Of a stretch of DNA of 64,000 bases, positions 10,325 through 19,441 are shown piece by piece. Each line of letters opens with the position of its first letter. Positions within the stretch are counted from its first letter, which is position 1. The notes below the pieces were generated by a model. The model saw only the letters and a list, made by a program, of their open reading frames with translations, did no database searches and was not told where the DNA came from. Position numbers and translations under genes: made by a program. Origin of the DNA: Verrucomicrobiota bacterium (GTDB lineage Bacteria > Verrucomicrobiota > Verrucomicrobiia > Verrucomicrobiales > V1-33); NCBI GenBank assembly GCA_003402705.1, contig QQNF01000007.1:31558-95557 (forward strand), read 5' to 3'.

Positions 10325-10942
10325 TTATCTAGCGGTTATTGTGCCATCATCATGGAAATCAAGAATGAAGTTTTTCACGTACTTGCCGCGCGGAGATTTC
10401 ATCCGAACGGTGATTTCCAAAGCGCGGGCTTGAATCCATCTGGCTGGCAACTGACCTGAGGCGGTGATTGTCGAGGAATCGATACCAAGCTTCGTGCTCG
10501 CGATTTTGAGGATGTCTGGGATGTCCAATGATGTCACACCTGTTTTTGTGACGCAAAAGACATTGAGTTTGCTGTGCTTGCTCAGCGAGTCATGCGTGGC
10601 CAGCAATGTAGAATCAGGATTCCAAAGGAATGTGAGAAATGACGGCACTTCCTTGTTTGTTGCCCACTTGGTTCTCGAACCAGTGTCGATAAGCAGCTTC
10701 GAGCGGTCAAGCGGCGCAAGTCCAATCCCCGAACTTGTCATCGCAGTATTCGGAGTGTCCCCATCCCAGTAGAAGAACTCAAATAGAGCAAGCTTACCGT
10801 CAGGAGACTGTGATTTCTCAATCAATGTTCCTGCGGTGATGCCCTTTTGACTTGCCCAACTGGGGTCCGGGTCCTTGCAGAAACCGACATTCGGGGTGCA
10901 GATCGCGGTAGCGACCAAGGTTGTGAGTAGAAGCTTCATCAT
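10325..10942 (-). CDS. Hypothetical secreted protein or lipoprotein
   Basis: MMKLLLTTLVATAICTPNVGFC signal peptide. GC and codon usage are clearly lower than in neighbouring genes. Confidence 0.6.
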   Translation of the reverse strand: MMKLLLTTLVATAICTPNVGFCKDPDPSWASQKGITAGTLIEKSQSPDGKLALFEFFYWDGDTPNTAMTSSGIGLAPLDRSKLLIDTGSRTKWATNKEVPSFLTFLWNPDSTLLATHDSLSKHSKLNVFCVTKTGVTSLDIPDILKIASTKLGIDSSTITASGQLPARWIQARALEITVRMKSPRGKYVKNFILDFHDDGTITAR

Positions 10943-11010
10943 TTAAGGCGGACAGTTTCTTTTTTCATGATAGCTTGTGTGATATCCATTTGCAATCGGC
11001 GCTTGGTTGT

Positions 11011-11570
11011 GGTGGCGACAAGGCCGGGAGGGCCTTGCTGCGGCGGGGGGCGAAGTGGGGTGGTGGGATTCGGGAAGGTGAATGGACCGGATTGACAGGA
11101 TTGACCGGATTGACGTAAATGATTTTGGGTGTGTTTGAAGAAGCTGGAGGGGTGGGGACAGGGTCGGGATGGCGTTGAGAACGGACGCCGGATGCGGGGC
11201 GGATGGTGCTTCGCTGCGGTGGCGACAAGGCCGGGACGGCCTTGCTACGGCTGGGGGCGAAGCGTGGCGGGTGGTGGGATTTGGCAAGGTGAATGGACCG
11301 TATTGACAGTATTGACCGTATTGACGTGAATGATTTTGGGTGTGTTTGAAGTAGCTGGCGGGGCGGGGACAGGGCTGGGAGGGCGTTGGGAACGGACGCC
11401 GGATGCGGGGCGGAGGGTGCTTTGGTTTGGGCGGCGACGACAAGGCCGGGACGGCCTTGCTGCGGCGGGGGGCGAAGAGGGGTGGTGGTAGGGATTGGGG
11501 ACCACGAATAAAGAGGAGGGGACTGGCTTGACAGGATTGACCGGATTGACGGGAAGGGTTTCTTGTGAGG
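11011..11570. repeat. Tandem array: two full units (208 and 212 bp) plus one diverged partial unit
   Basis: Unit starts at 11011, 11219 and about 11431. Each has a hairpin (CAAGGCC-GGGAN-GGCCTTG) and a triple 9-bp direct repeat containing TTGAC (11091-11116, 11302-11326, 11528-11552). In the two full units this is followed by a conserved aatgattttgggtgtgtttgaag. Confidence 0.85.
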
Positions 11571-11650
11571 GAGCTATCTGGGGCGTTGATCTGGGATGGC
11601 CGATGCTGGGGAGATGGTTGGGTTTTGGCGGGGGCGTGAGTAGCAAGTAG

Positions 11651-13687
11651 TTAGAACGCGAAGCCGAAGGTGAGGTGGAAGGCGCCGGTGGGGTCGCCGG
11701 GTTGGCGGTTTGGGTTGAAGCCGTAGTCGAGGCGGAGAGGGCCGACTGGGAGGGCGTAGCGGAGGCCGAGGCCGAGGGCGTAGCGGAGGTCTGAGGGGAA
11801 GGCGAGGAGGTGGTCGTGGTCGCTGGTGAGGGCGCCGGCGTCGGCGAAGGCGGCGAGTTCGAAGTTGGGGAGGAATTCCCATGAGGCTTCGAGGTTGGCG
11901 GCGTGCATGAGCGAGCCGCCGAGGGGAGTGCCGCCGTCGGAGCGAGGGCCGAGATCGCGTTCACCGAAGCTGCGGACGGTGCTGCTGCCGCCGTTGAAGA
12001 CCCGTTGGTCGATGGGGAGGGAGGAGATGCCGTCGGGGGTGGAGACGGCGGCGGCCTGCCAATTGGCGGCGATGCGGAAGTGGGAGGAGAGGGGCTGGTA
12101 CCATGAGACGCGGACGCGGGAGCGGAGGAAGGGGACGCTGGCGTTGCCGCCTTCGATTTCTGCGCTGGAGAACCAGCCCTTGCGGGGGATGACCGGGCTG
12201 TCGCGGAAGTCGAGACTGAGGGACGAGCCGAGGGAAGCGGTTTGATAGGATGAGGGGCCGAGTTCGAGCGGGGAGAGATTGCCGCCGGAGGCGTGGTCGG
12301 CGGAGAGGGAGGCGAAGGCGGAGGCGGCGACGTGGAGATTGAACTGGCGGGAGAGCGTGGAGCGGAGACGAGCGGCGTCGTGGGTGTAGTTCCATGCGGT
12401 GGTGTGGAGGACGGCGAGTTCCGAGTCGGAGGCCCATGCGGAGCCGAAGAGGGCTGGGTTGAGCCAGCGGAGACTGCCTTCGGGTCCACCGGCTTCCCAG
12501 CCGGCGCGGATCCGGAGCGTGTCGCCGGAGTCCATGATATTGACGTGCCGCCATTCGAGCCCGAGGATGGGGCCGCGGAGCGTTTCGTAGCCCCCATAGA
12601 GAGCGAGGGAGCGGCGCTGGGATTCGCGACCGGAGATGGACAGGGAGAGCCCTGAGGGGTCGCCGGGGATGAGGTTAGGGACGACATCGATACCCGCGAG
12701 GAGGCCTGCGTCCATGACCCGGCGCTGCATGCGTTCGAGGGCGGAGTTGGACCAGACGGCACCGGTGGCGGGACGGAAGCCTGCGGTGATGATGCGGCGG
12801 GCTCCTTTGGAGAACGAGTCGGAGATGTTAAGATTGCGGACCGTGAAGACCGGGCCTCGGGAGATGACGAAGGAGACGGGGACTGGCTGGCCTGCGGGAG
12901 GCGTGGTGGTGGTGGCGGTGACGGCGGCGGCGAAGTGGCCGGCGGCTTTGCAGAGAGAGAGGAGACGATTGCGGAGGTCCTCGACGCGGACCTCGCTGAA
13001 GGGCGTGCCGGAGAGGGCGGCGGCTTCGGATTTGAGGGCGTCGCTGCCTTGCGGGAGATCGCCGGAGAGCGAGACGGTGCCGAAGAGCGAGCGAGGGCCC
13101 TCGGTGATGGTGAGAGAGATGTCGGTGGCGGCGGTGCCGTGGGAGAACTCGGGTTCTCTAACAGAAGCGGAGAGGTAGCCGCGGGATTGGAGGAGACGCT
13201 GGACGAGGGCGGCGCCGTCGTTGATTTCGCTTTCGACGAGCGGGGCGTTGCGGGAGATTTTGCCGAGACGTTCGCGGGTGGGGCGGAGAAGGAGGGCGCG
13301 CATTTCGTCCTGGGTGGCGGCGGAGGTGCCGGAGAAGGACGTGGTGCCGATGCGCTGGCGGGTGCCGGTGGAGACGGTTAGGACGGTGATGCCCTGATCG
13401 ATGGACCATGAGACCTCGGCGGCGTGGTAGCCGAGGCGGAGGAGTTCCTTGCGGACGAAGAAGGCGAGGTCGTCGGCGAGCGGCGGGGTGGAGATGGAGT
13501 CGTCGACGAGCGTGAGCTGGAGGTCGACGACGGGGCGGAGTTCGTTCCAGACCTCGTCGACTGGGCCGTCGATGCGGACGGAGAGCCCGTGACGGGAGAT
13601 GGTGCGTTGCGGGGTTGGCGCGGCGGGCGGGGCGGCGGCGGCGAAGAGGGCGAGACAGGAGGCGAGGAGAAGGGCGCGGGCGATCAC
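11651..13687 (-). CDS. tamA: Omp85-family outer-membrane protein, TamA/TamL-like
   Basis: Signal peptide, POTRA-like N-terminal repeats, and a beta-barrel C-terminus ending LRLDYGFNPNRQPGDPTGAFHLTFGFAF (terminal Phe). GTG start overlaps the tamB stop. Confidence 0.8.
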   Translation of the reverse strand: MIARALLLASCLALFAAAAPPAAPTPQRTISRHGLSVRIDGPVDEVWNELRPVVDLQLTLVDDSISTPPLADDLAFFVRKELLRLGYHAAEVSWSIDQGITVLTVSTGTRQRIGTTSFSGTSAATQDEMRALLLRPTRERLGKISRNAPLVESEINDGAALVQRLLQSRGYLSASVREPEFSHGTAATDISLTITEGPRSLFGTVSLSGDLPQGSDALKSEAAALSGTPFSEVRVEDLRNRLLSLCKAAGHFAAAVTATTTTPPAGQPVPVSFVISRGPVFTVRNLNISDSFSKGARRIITAGFRPATGAVWSNSALERMQRRVMDAGLLAGIDVVPNLIPGDPSGLSLSISGRESQRRSLALYGGYETLRGPILGLEWRHVNIMDSGDTLRIRAGWEAGGPEGSLRWLNPALFGSAWASDSELAVLHTTAWNYTHDAARLRSTLSRQFNLHVAASAFASLSADHASGGNLSPLELGPSSYQTASLGSSLSLDFRDSPVIPRKGWFSSAEIEGGNASVPFLRSRVRVSWYQPLSSHFRIAANWQAAAVSTPDGISSLPIDQRVFNGGSSTVRSFGERDLGPRSDGGTPLGGSLMHAANLEASWEFLPNFELAAFADAGALTSDHDHLLAFPSDLRYALGLGLRYALPVGPLRLDYGFNPNRQPGDPTGAFHLTFGFAF

Positions 13688-16600
13688 CGGAAACGGATGA
13701 GGTAGTAGAGCAGTCCGCGGAAGGAACCGTTCTGGTTGACGGAGCCGACGGCTTCGAGACGGCGGTTGAGTTCGTAGACGGCGGAGATGCTGCGGCCGCC
13801 GGCGGTGTTGTTGAGAGGGGAGAAGCTGAAGGAGAGACGCGGGGCTTTATCGCTTTCGCGGGTGGCGAGCCCTTTTTTGAAGAGCTTGCGGTACATCTGG
13901 CTGATGACGAGGAAGGCGGCCCGGTTGGCGGCTTCGCCTTCAGCGCCGCGCATGTTTTCGCTAGTGCTGCCGGTGGCGAGGAGCGTGGCGATTTCGCCTT
14001 CCGAGAGGGGCGGACTGCTGCTGAAGCGGATCTTGGGGTGGAGGGCTTCGCCGTAGGCCTGGAGCTGGACCTCGTAGCCATTGACGAAGGAATCGCCGAC
14101 GACGTCGAGTTCCGGGTTGAAGGGTTTGTCGGCGGTGAAGATGAGGTCGCCGCGGGAGACATTGAGACGGCTGAAGGGGAGACGGACGCGGGCGTCGACG
14201 AGGGAGACCTTGCCTTCGAGGACGGGGCGTGCGCCGGAGCCGCTGAGACGGAGCTTGCTGACAGCTCCGCCGTTGAGGGCATTGCCGAGGAGACGGACGG
14301 GATCGCGCGTTAGGATCTGGACATTGAGCGACCACTGATCGAAGGGAGGCGGGAGTGAAGGAGGGGCGTTGCTGCCGATGGTGACGGCGGGGGGAGCGGG
14401 CGGGAGTTGATCGGGGAGCGAGAGCGGGAGGAATTCGATTTCCTTGAAGACCCGGCCGCGGCGGAGTTCGACTTTCCCGGTGACGTCGGCGCGGTTGTAG
14501 CGGCCCTTGGCGCGGATGTCGGCGTCGGCGCGGAGAGAGATGGAGTCGTCGCGGAGGACGAGGGCCTCGCGAGCGGTTAGGGTGGCGTCGATGGCGGGGT
14601 TGGCGAGGTCAGACCAATCGAGCGAGCCCTTGGCGGCGAGCGTGCCGCCGGCGAGCATGGCGGAGGCGTCTTCGATGAAGACCCGGGTGCCGGCGAAGCG
14701 GAGGCGGATCTTGGCGTCGCGAGCGCCGGGGACGTCGGCTTTGGCGAAAGTGATGGCGGGGGCGTCGGCGTTGAAGACCCCGGTGATGAGAGGATTGGCG
14801 ACGGAGCCGCCGACATCGGCGCGGAGGGAGGCGGTGCCGTCGATGCGGCGGAGGGCGGGGACGAGCGGGGCGAGACTGGCTAGGGAGGATTGGGGAAGAG
14901 AGGCGCGGAACGAGAGCGGGAGTTGCTGGAGGGCCTTTGGATTGCGGAGGATGGCGAGGAGATCGAAGGGAATGCTGCCGTCGAGGGCGAGAGGCTGGAG
15001 CGGGGACTGACGGACATCGGCGCGGAGCGAGGCGCGGCCGTTTTCGAGGGTTAGCGAAGTGGTGGCGGCGGCGGGTTTGAGGTGAATGGCGGCGGCCGCG
15101 TGGGAGATGTCAGGAGAGTTGAGGGAGAGAGTGGCGACGGGATTGGTGAGCGAGCCGGAGGCTTTGAGAGAGGCGGAGAGACGGCCGGAGAGGGAAGGTG
15201 GGAGCTTGGCGGCGCTGGAGGCCTTGGCGAGGTCGAGATTGGTGAGGGCGAGATTGATGGCGAGCGGACGGTTGGCGGGGACCGGGCCGGTTGGGCCGGG
15301 AGGGGCGGCGAAGTCGAGCGGGATGGAGAGATTGCCGGTGAGCGGGGCGAGCGAGCCGTAGGAAGCGGACAGGGCGGGGATGTCGAGAGACGTGCCGCTG
15401 AACGTGGCGGGAGCGGAGAGCCGGAATGGGCCGAGGGAAGCGGAGAGGATGGGGAAGGAAGCGGTTTGGCCCTCGTGGACGGCTTTGAGGTCGAGCGAGC
15501 CATTGTCGCCGAGGGCGTCCATGGAGAAGTCGCGGAGAGTGAGGCGGCCTCCGCCGGAGGTTTCGGGCGGTGAGACCGTGCCGCGGCCCTGCCATTGGAT
15601 GGTGGCGCGGCCGTTTTGGATAGGAGGAGCCTTGAAGGCGGCGAGCCACGCGTTGAGGTCCGGGAGTTTGGTGAGATCGCCGTCGAGCATGGCATCGAAG
15701 GCGAAGGGAGCGACGAGCGTGGAGTGGCCTGTTAGAGAGAGACGATTGCGGTCGTTGAGGATGATGCGGCCGAGGGAGAGATCGGCGGCATTGTCGGCGA
15801 CGGAGACGTTGGCCTCGATGGATTGGAGCGTGGCGGATTTCCAGCGGATGGCGGAGGCGTTGAGAAAGGCCTGGGCGGAGGACGAGGAGAAATCGCGGCG
15901 GGAGAGGTCGTCGAGATTGGAGGAGAGCGAACCGCGGGCGATGAGACTGCCGCCTTCCGGGCCGGGGAGGTCGGGGATTCCGGAGAACGCGCTGAGACGT
16001 TCGAGGTTAGGGAGAGAGGCGTTCCAGTTGGCGGAGATGGCGCGGTTGCCGGAGAGGGCCATGGTGCCGTCGAGGGCGATGGCGTTGCGGGCGTCGAGCT
16101 GGGCGCGGCAGGTTTTGATGGAGAGAGTGGTGCCGTCGGTGGTGGCGAGGAGGTCGAGAGTCTGGATGGGGATGCCGGCTGCTGAGAGCTGGCGGCCGGA
16201 GAGTGAGGATTCGATGGAACGGATCTGGCCGTTGGCGAGCGAGGCGGTGGCGGTGCCGGAGAGCGATCCGGTGAGAGGCGGCGTGGTGGGGAACCACGCG
16301 GCGAGATCGGGTGAATCGATACTGATGTTAGCGGTGAGCGGGGATTTTGCGACGTCGGGCCATGCGGGCGGGAGCTGGCCGGTGGCGGCGCCGGTGATAT
16401 TGTTAGTCCCGGTGCCGAGGTCGGTGAGTTTCAGGTCCCAGAGGCCTGCAGCGAGATTGGCGGAGGCGGCGAGACGGGCGACGGTGAATTTGTCATGGTG
16501 GAGACTGCCGCCGGATAGGGTGAGTGAGCTGTTGAGGGCTTGCGGTGAGGTGGGCGGGCCGGATAGCGAGACGGTGAGGGCGTCGGCTTGCCATGCGAGC

Positions 16601-17505
16601 CCCTTGGTTGGCGGGAGCCATGGGGCGAGGGCGAGATTGGAGAGACGGGTGGCGGAGAGATTGGCGTCGAGTGAGAGTTGAGAGCCGAGGCCATTGAGTT
16701 TTCCGGAGAGTGAGGCTGAGGCGTCGTGGGGGAGAGCGAGTTGTGAGGAAAAGCCGAGCGAGCGGGAGGCGAGGGCGGAGGCGTCGAGATTGAGCGAGGC
16801 CTGATTGATGCCGGGGAGACCGCGGAGGTTGTCGAGCGCGAGGGAATTGGAGGAAGCGCTGACGTTCGCGGAGAGTGCGGAGAGTTTCGGGATGGCGGGG
16901 AACGGGAGGTCGAGGGAATCGAGGGAGAGCTGGCCGTTGGTGCCGGGGGTGAGGTTCAGATTGAAGTTGCGGAGGACGACGTCGCCTTGGGGGAGATGGA
17001 TGGTGCCGGAGACATTGCGGCAGATGAGCGAAGGGATGCGGATGGCGGGGGGTGCGGCGGGCGAGGAGGGGGAGGGCGCGGGTTTGGCGGGGGAAGGCGA
17101 GCGGAGGTCGAGATCGAGGGTGACGTTGTCGAGGATGAGTTCGTCGACAGCCTGGGCGGGGCCGAGGGAGAGGGCTTTGCGGAGATTGTAGCGAGCGGAG
17201 ACTGACTTGGCTTGGAGCGAGCGCAGGGGAGAGGCGGAGTTGCCGGTGGCGGAGATGGAGTCGAGGGCGAGATTGCCGAAGAGATTGCCGGCGACGTTGA
17301 GTTGGAGGTCGATGCCCTGGGCGGCGGCGGCCTTGCGGGCGGAGAAGCGGATGAGGCTCTGGAGGATGGGGCGGTGGGCGAGGGCGATGACGAGGGTGAG
17401 CAGGGCGGCGATTTTGAGGGCGCGTTTGAGCTTCCGCCGCGGTGGGGTCGGGGCAGGGTTCGGATGGGGAGCAGCCTGCGGAGCGGACGCCATGGGAACG
17501 TGCAT
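13684..17505 (-). CDS. tamB: Translocation and assembly module protein TamB (AsmA-like, DUF490 C-terminus)
   Basis: 1273 aa with an N-terminal membrane anchor (ALKIAALLTLVIALA) and long repetitive beta-rich LS/LD tracts. The C-terminus GRSISAVYELNRRLEAVGSVNQNGSFRGLLYYLIRFR is typical of DUF490. It is adjacent to an Omp85 gene. Confidence 0.8.
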   Translation of the reverse strand: MHVPMASAPQAAPHPNPAPTPPRRKLKRALKIAALLTLVIALAHRPILQSLIRFSARKAAAAQGIDLQLNVAGNLFGNLALDSISATGNSASPLRSLQAKSVSARYNLRKALSLGPAQAVDELILDNVTLDLDLRSPSPAKPAPSPSSPAAPPAIRIPSLICRNVSGTIHLPQGDVVLRNFNLNLTPGTNGQLSLDSLDLPFPAIPKLSALSANVSASSNSLALDNLRGLPGINQASLNLDASALASRSLGFSSQLALPHDASASLSGKLNGLGSQLSLDANLSATRLSNLALAPWLPPTKGLAWQADALTVSLSGPPTSPQALNSSLTLSGGSLHHDKFTVARLAASANLAAGLWDLKLTDLGTGTNNITGAATGQLPPAWPDVAKSPLTANISIDSPDLAAWFPTTPPLTGSLSGTATASLANGQIRSIESSLSGRQLSAAGIPIQTLDLLATTDGTTLSIKTCRAQLDARNAIALDGTMALSGNRAISANWNASLPNLERLSAFSGIPDLPGPEGGSLIARGSLSSNLDDLSRRDFSSSSAQAFLNASAIRWKSATLQSIEANVSVADNAADLSLGRIILNDRNRLSLTGHSTLVAPFAFDAMLDGDLTKLPDLNAWLAAFKAPPIQNGRATIQWQGRGTVSPPETSGGGRLTLRDFSMDALGDNGSLDLKAVHEGQTASFPILSASLGPFRLSAPATFSGTSLDIPALSASYGSLAPLTGNLSIPLDFAAPPGPTGPVPANRPLAINLALTNLDLAKASSAAKLPPSLSGRLSASLKASGSLTNPVATLSLNSPDISHAAAAIHLKPAAATTSLTLENGRASLRADVRQSPLQPLALDGSIPFDLLAILRNPKALQQLPLSFRASLPQSSLASLAPLVPALRRIDGTASLRADVGGSVANPLITGVFNADAPAITFAKADVPGARDAKIRLRFAGTRVFIEDASAMLAGGTLAAKGSLDWSDLANPAIDATLTAREALVLRDDSISLRADADIRAKGRYNRADVTGKVELRRGRVFKEIEFLPLSLPDQLPPAPPAVTIGSNAPPSLPPPFDQWSLNVQILTRDPVRLLGNALNGGAVSKLRLSGSGARPVLEGKVSLVDARVRLPFSRLNVSRGDLIFTADKPFNPELDVVGDSFVNGYEVQLQAYGEALHPKIRFSSSPPLSEGEIATLLATGSTSENMRGAEGEAANRAAFLVISQMYRKLFKKGLATRESDKAPRLSFSFSPLNNTAGGRSISAVYELNRRLEAVGSVNQNGSFRGLLYYLIRFR

Positions 17506-17616
17506 GATGCCGGAGCCTGCGGGGGCCGCAAGGGGAGCCCCGGGTGATTGAGTCGGGGTGTGGGAGGAAAAATGTGTGACGGAGTAGGGCGAGACGCTTG
17601 ATTTCCGGCGAGCGTC

Positions 17617-19428
17617 TTGTTATGGGGAGGCCCCCAGATTTTTCCTGTGAAACTATCCCGCACACTGCTTTGCCTTCCGTTGCTGGCGCTTCCGGCGCTG
17701 GCGATGGTTTTGTCCGGGTCGCGTGGAGGGGAGCGGGTGACGCCGGGTGAGTTGCTGCAGCGGCGCGGAGTGGTGGTGGGAGTGGAGGCGGCGCTGAAGT
17801 CGGCGGCGGCGGGTGATGGAGAGGTTTTGAGATTGCTGGGGGAAGCGGGCGTGGATTTTGCAGGTGGGGAAGCGGAGGGTGGGTCGCCGGTGTTGTGGAA
17901 GGCGGTGGAGGCGGATCGATGGGAGAGCGTGCCGGTGGTGGCGTCGCGGGTGCCGGTGAAGCAGTTGAATGCGCGGGATGCGGGTGGAAGGACGGTGCTG
18001 GTGCATGCTTTGGAGCGGAGCACGGCGGAAGCGGTGGGGGCGCTGCTGAAACGGGGCGCGGATCCGAGATTGGTGCCGGCGGCGACGGTTCGGGCGCTGG
18101 GTGAAGGAAAGGGCAGTGCGGGGGTGGCGGGGTTGCTGAGGGTGCTGGGGCATTTGCCGCAGGGACATGAGTTACTGGATGAGATGCTGGCGGTGGCGTG
18201 TGCTGGTGCTGATGGCGGGTTGGCGGCGGCGGCGTTGCAGAATGGGGCGCGGCCGGATGGGGTGGCGAGGGATGGCGGGCCGCTGACGGTGGCGGCGGAC
18301 AAGGGTGATGGGGCGATGGTGGGGCGGTTGCTGCGGTATGGGGCGGATCCGGCGAAGGCACCTCGTGCGCTGGTGCATGCGGTGCGTCACGGGCAGGAAG
18401 CGATGATCACGGCGTTGCTGGAGAGCGGGGCGGACCCGAATGTGGCGGGTGAGGGCGAGCGGTCGGCGCTGCAGGCGGCGTTTGCGGATGGGAAGAAGGA
18501 ACTGGTGGCGCTGATGTTCCGTTTTGGCGGGCGGCCTGAGGATTTTGTGGATGCGGCGATTGGGGCGGAGGACACGGCGATGCTGGAGTTGCTGCTGGCG
18601 TCGGGGTTGTCGCCGGACCGTGCGGACGGGGGCGGGAATCCGATGCTGGTGCGTGCGGTGCTGGAGCGGAAGGGGGAGGCGGTGAAATTGCTGCTGGAGA
18701 AGGGAGCGGATCCGAAGAAGGCGGGCAGCATCGGGCAGAGTGCGTTTCATGTGGCGGTGGCGGACGGGGATCGTGCGCTGATCGAGCAATTGCTGGAGAG
18801 CGGGGCGGAGGTGAATGCGCCGTTCGGGCCTTTGCGTCCGGAGTTTGCGGAGCGGCTGAGGAGCGAGCATTTCTGCAAGTGGCTGGGGCGGGACAAGGGA
18901 CTGACGCCGCTGATGCATGCGGCGGCGACGGGGGATTTCGGGCTGGTGCAGTTTTTGATAGGGAAGGGAGCGAAGCGCGGGATTACGACACGGAGCTGGA
19001 AGCGGTATCCTGTGCAGTTTGCGTGCGACACGGAGAATCTGAAGGCGGCGCAGGTGTTGTTAGGTAGGAAGCCGGAGGAAGCGGAGAAGGAAGGCGTGCG
19101 GGTGGTGATTTCGCTGGGGGACCAGCGGGCGCGGCTTTACAAAGGGGGCAAAGTGGTGAGGACGTCGCGGGTATCGACGGGGCGGAGAGGGCATGCGACG
19201 CCGAAGGGGAGTTATGTGATTACGGACAAGCAGGTGAGTTGGGTGTCGTCGATTTATAACGTGGCGATGCCGTACTTCATGCGATTGAGTTGCCGCGAGA
19301 TCGGGATGCATGCGGGGAATTGTCCGGGTTATCCTGCGTCGCACGGGTGCATCCGGATGCCTTCGGGGGAAGTGCGGGCGTTTTTCGCGGTACTGAAGAT
19401 CGGGGATCCGGTGACGATCACCGAGTGA
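17617..19428 (+). CDS. Exported ankyrin-repeat protein fused to a YkuD L,D-transpeptidase domain
   Basis: Signal peptide, then multiple ankyrin-type units (GADPNVAGEGERSALQAA, GLSPDRADGGGNPMLVRAV, GADPKKAGSIGQSAFHVAV, TPLMHAAATGDFGLVQFLIGKGA). C-terminal YkuD motif HAGNCPGYPASHGCIRM. Confidence 0.85.
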   Translation: MLWGGPQIFPVKLSRTLLCLPLLALPALAMVLSGSRGGERVTPGELLQRRGVVVGVEAALKSAAAGDGEVLRLLGEAGVDFAGGEAEGGSPVLWKAVEADRWESVPVVASRVPVKQLNARDAGGRTVLVHALERSTAEAVGALLKRGADPRLVPAATVRALGEGKGSAGVAGLLRVLGHLPQGHELLDEMLAVACAGADGGLAAAALQNGARPDGVARDGGPLTVAADKGDGAMVGRLLRYGADPAKAPRALVHAVRHGQEAMITALLESGADPNVAGEGERSALQAAFADGKKELVALMFRFGGRPEDFVDAAIGAEDTAMLELLLASGLSPDRADGGGNPMLVRAVLERKGEAVKLLLEKGADPKKAGSIGQSAFHVAVADGDRALIEQLLESGAEVNAPFGPLRPEFAERLRSEHFCKWLGRDKGLTPLMHAAATGDFGLVQFLIGKGAKRGITTRSWKRYPVQFACDTENLKAAQVLLGRKPEEAEKEGVRVVISLGDQRARLYKGGKVVRTSRVSTGRRGHATPKGSYVITDKQVSWVSSIYNVAMPYFMRLSCREIGMHAGNCPGYPASHGCIRMPSGEVRAFFAVLKIGDPVTITE

Positions 19429-19441
19429 GTGGGGAGATGCG

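Noticed and set aside
10943-11443. 166-aa and 87-aa minus-strand ORFs, and the 5' part of the 505-aa ORF 11245-12762
   Set aside because: They read through the tandem repeat, so they are internally repetitive and P/S-rich, or they are out of frame with tamA. They are not credible proteins.
11011-11570. CRISPR array
   Set aside because: The period is ~210 bp with homologous material between the short repeats. There are no 25-40 bp repeat/unique-spacer alternation and no cas genes.
16493-18361. 622-aa and 448-aa minus-strand ORFs spanning the tamB start and the ankyrin gene
   Set aside because: They are proline/serine/arginine low complexity, overlap two well-supported genes, and cross a divergent intergenic region.
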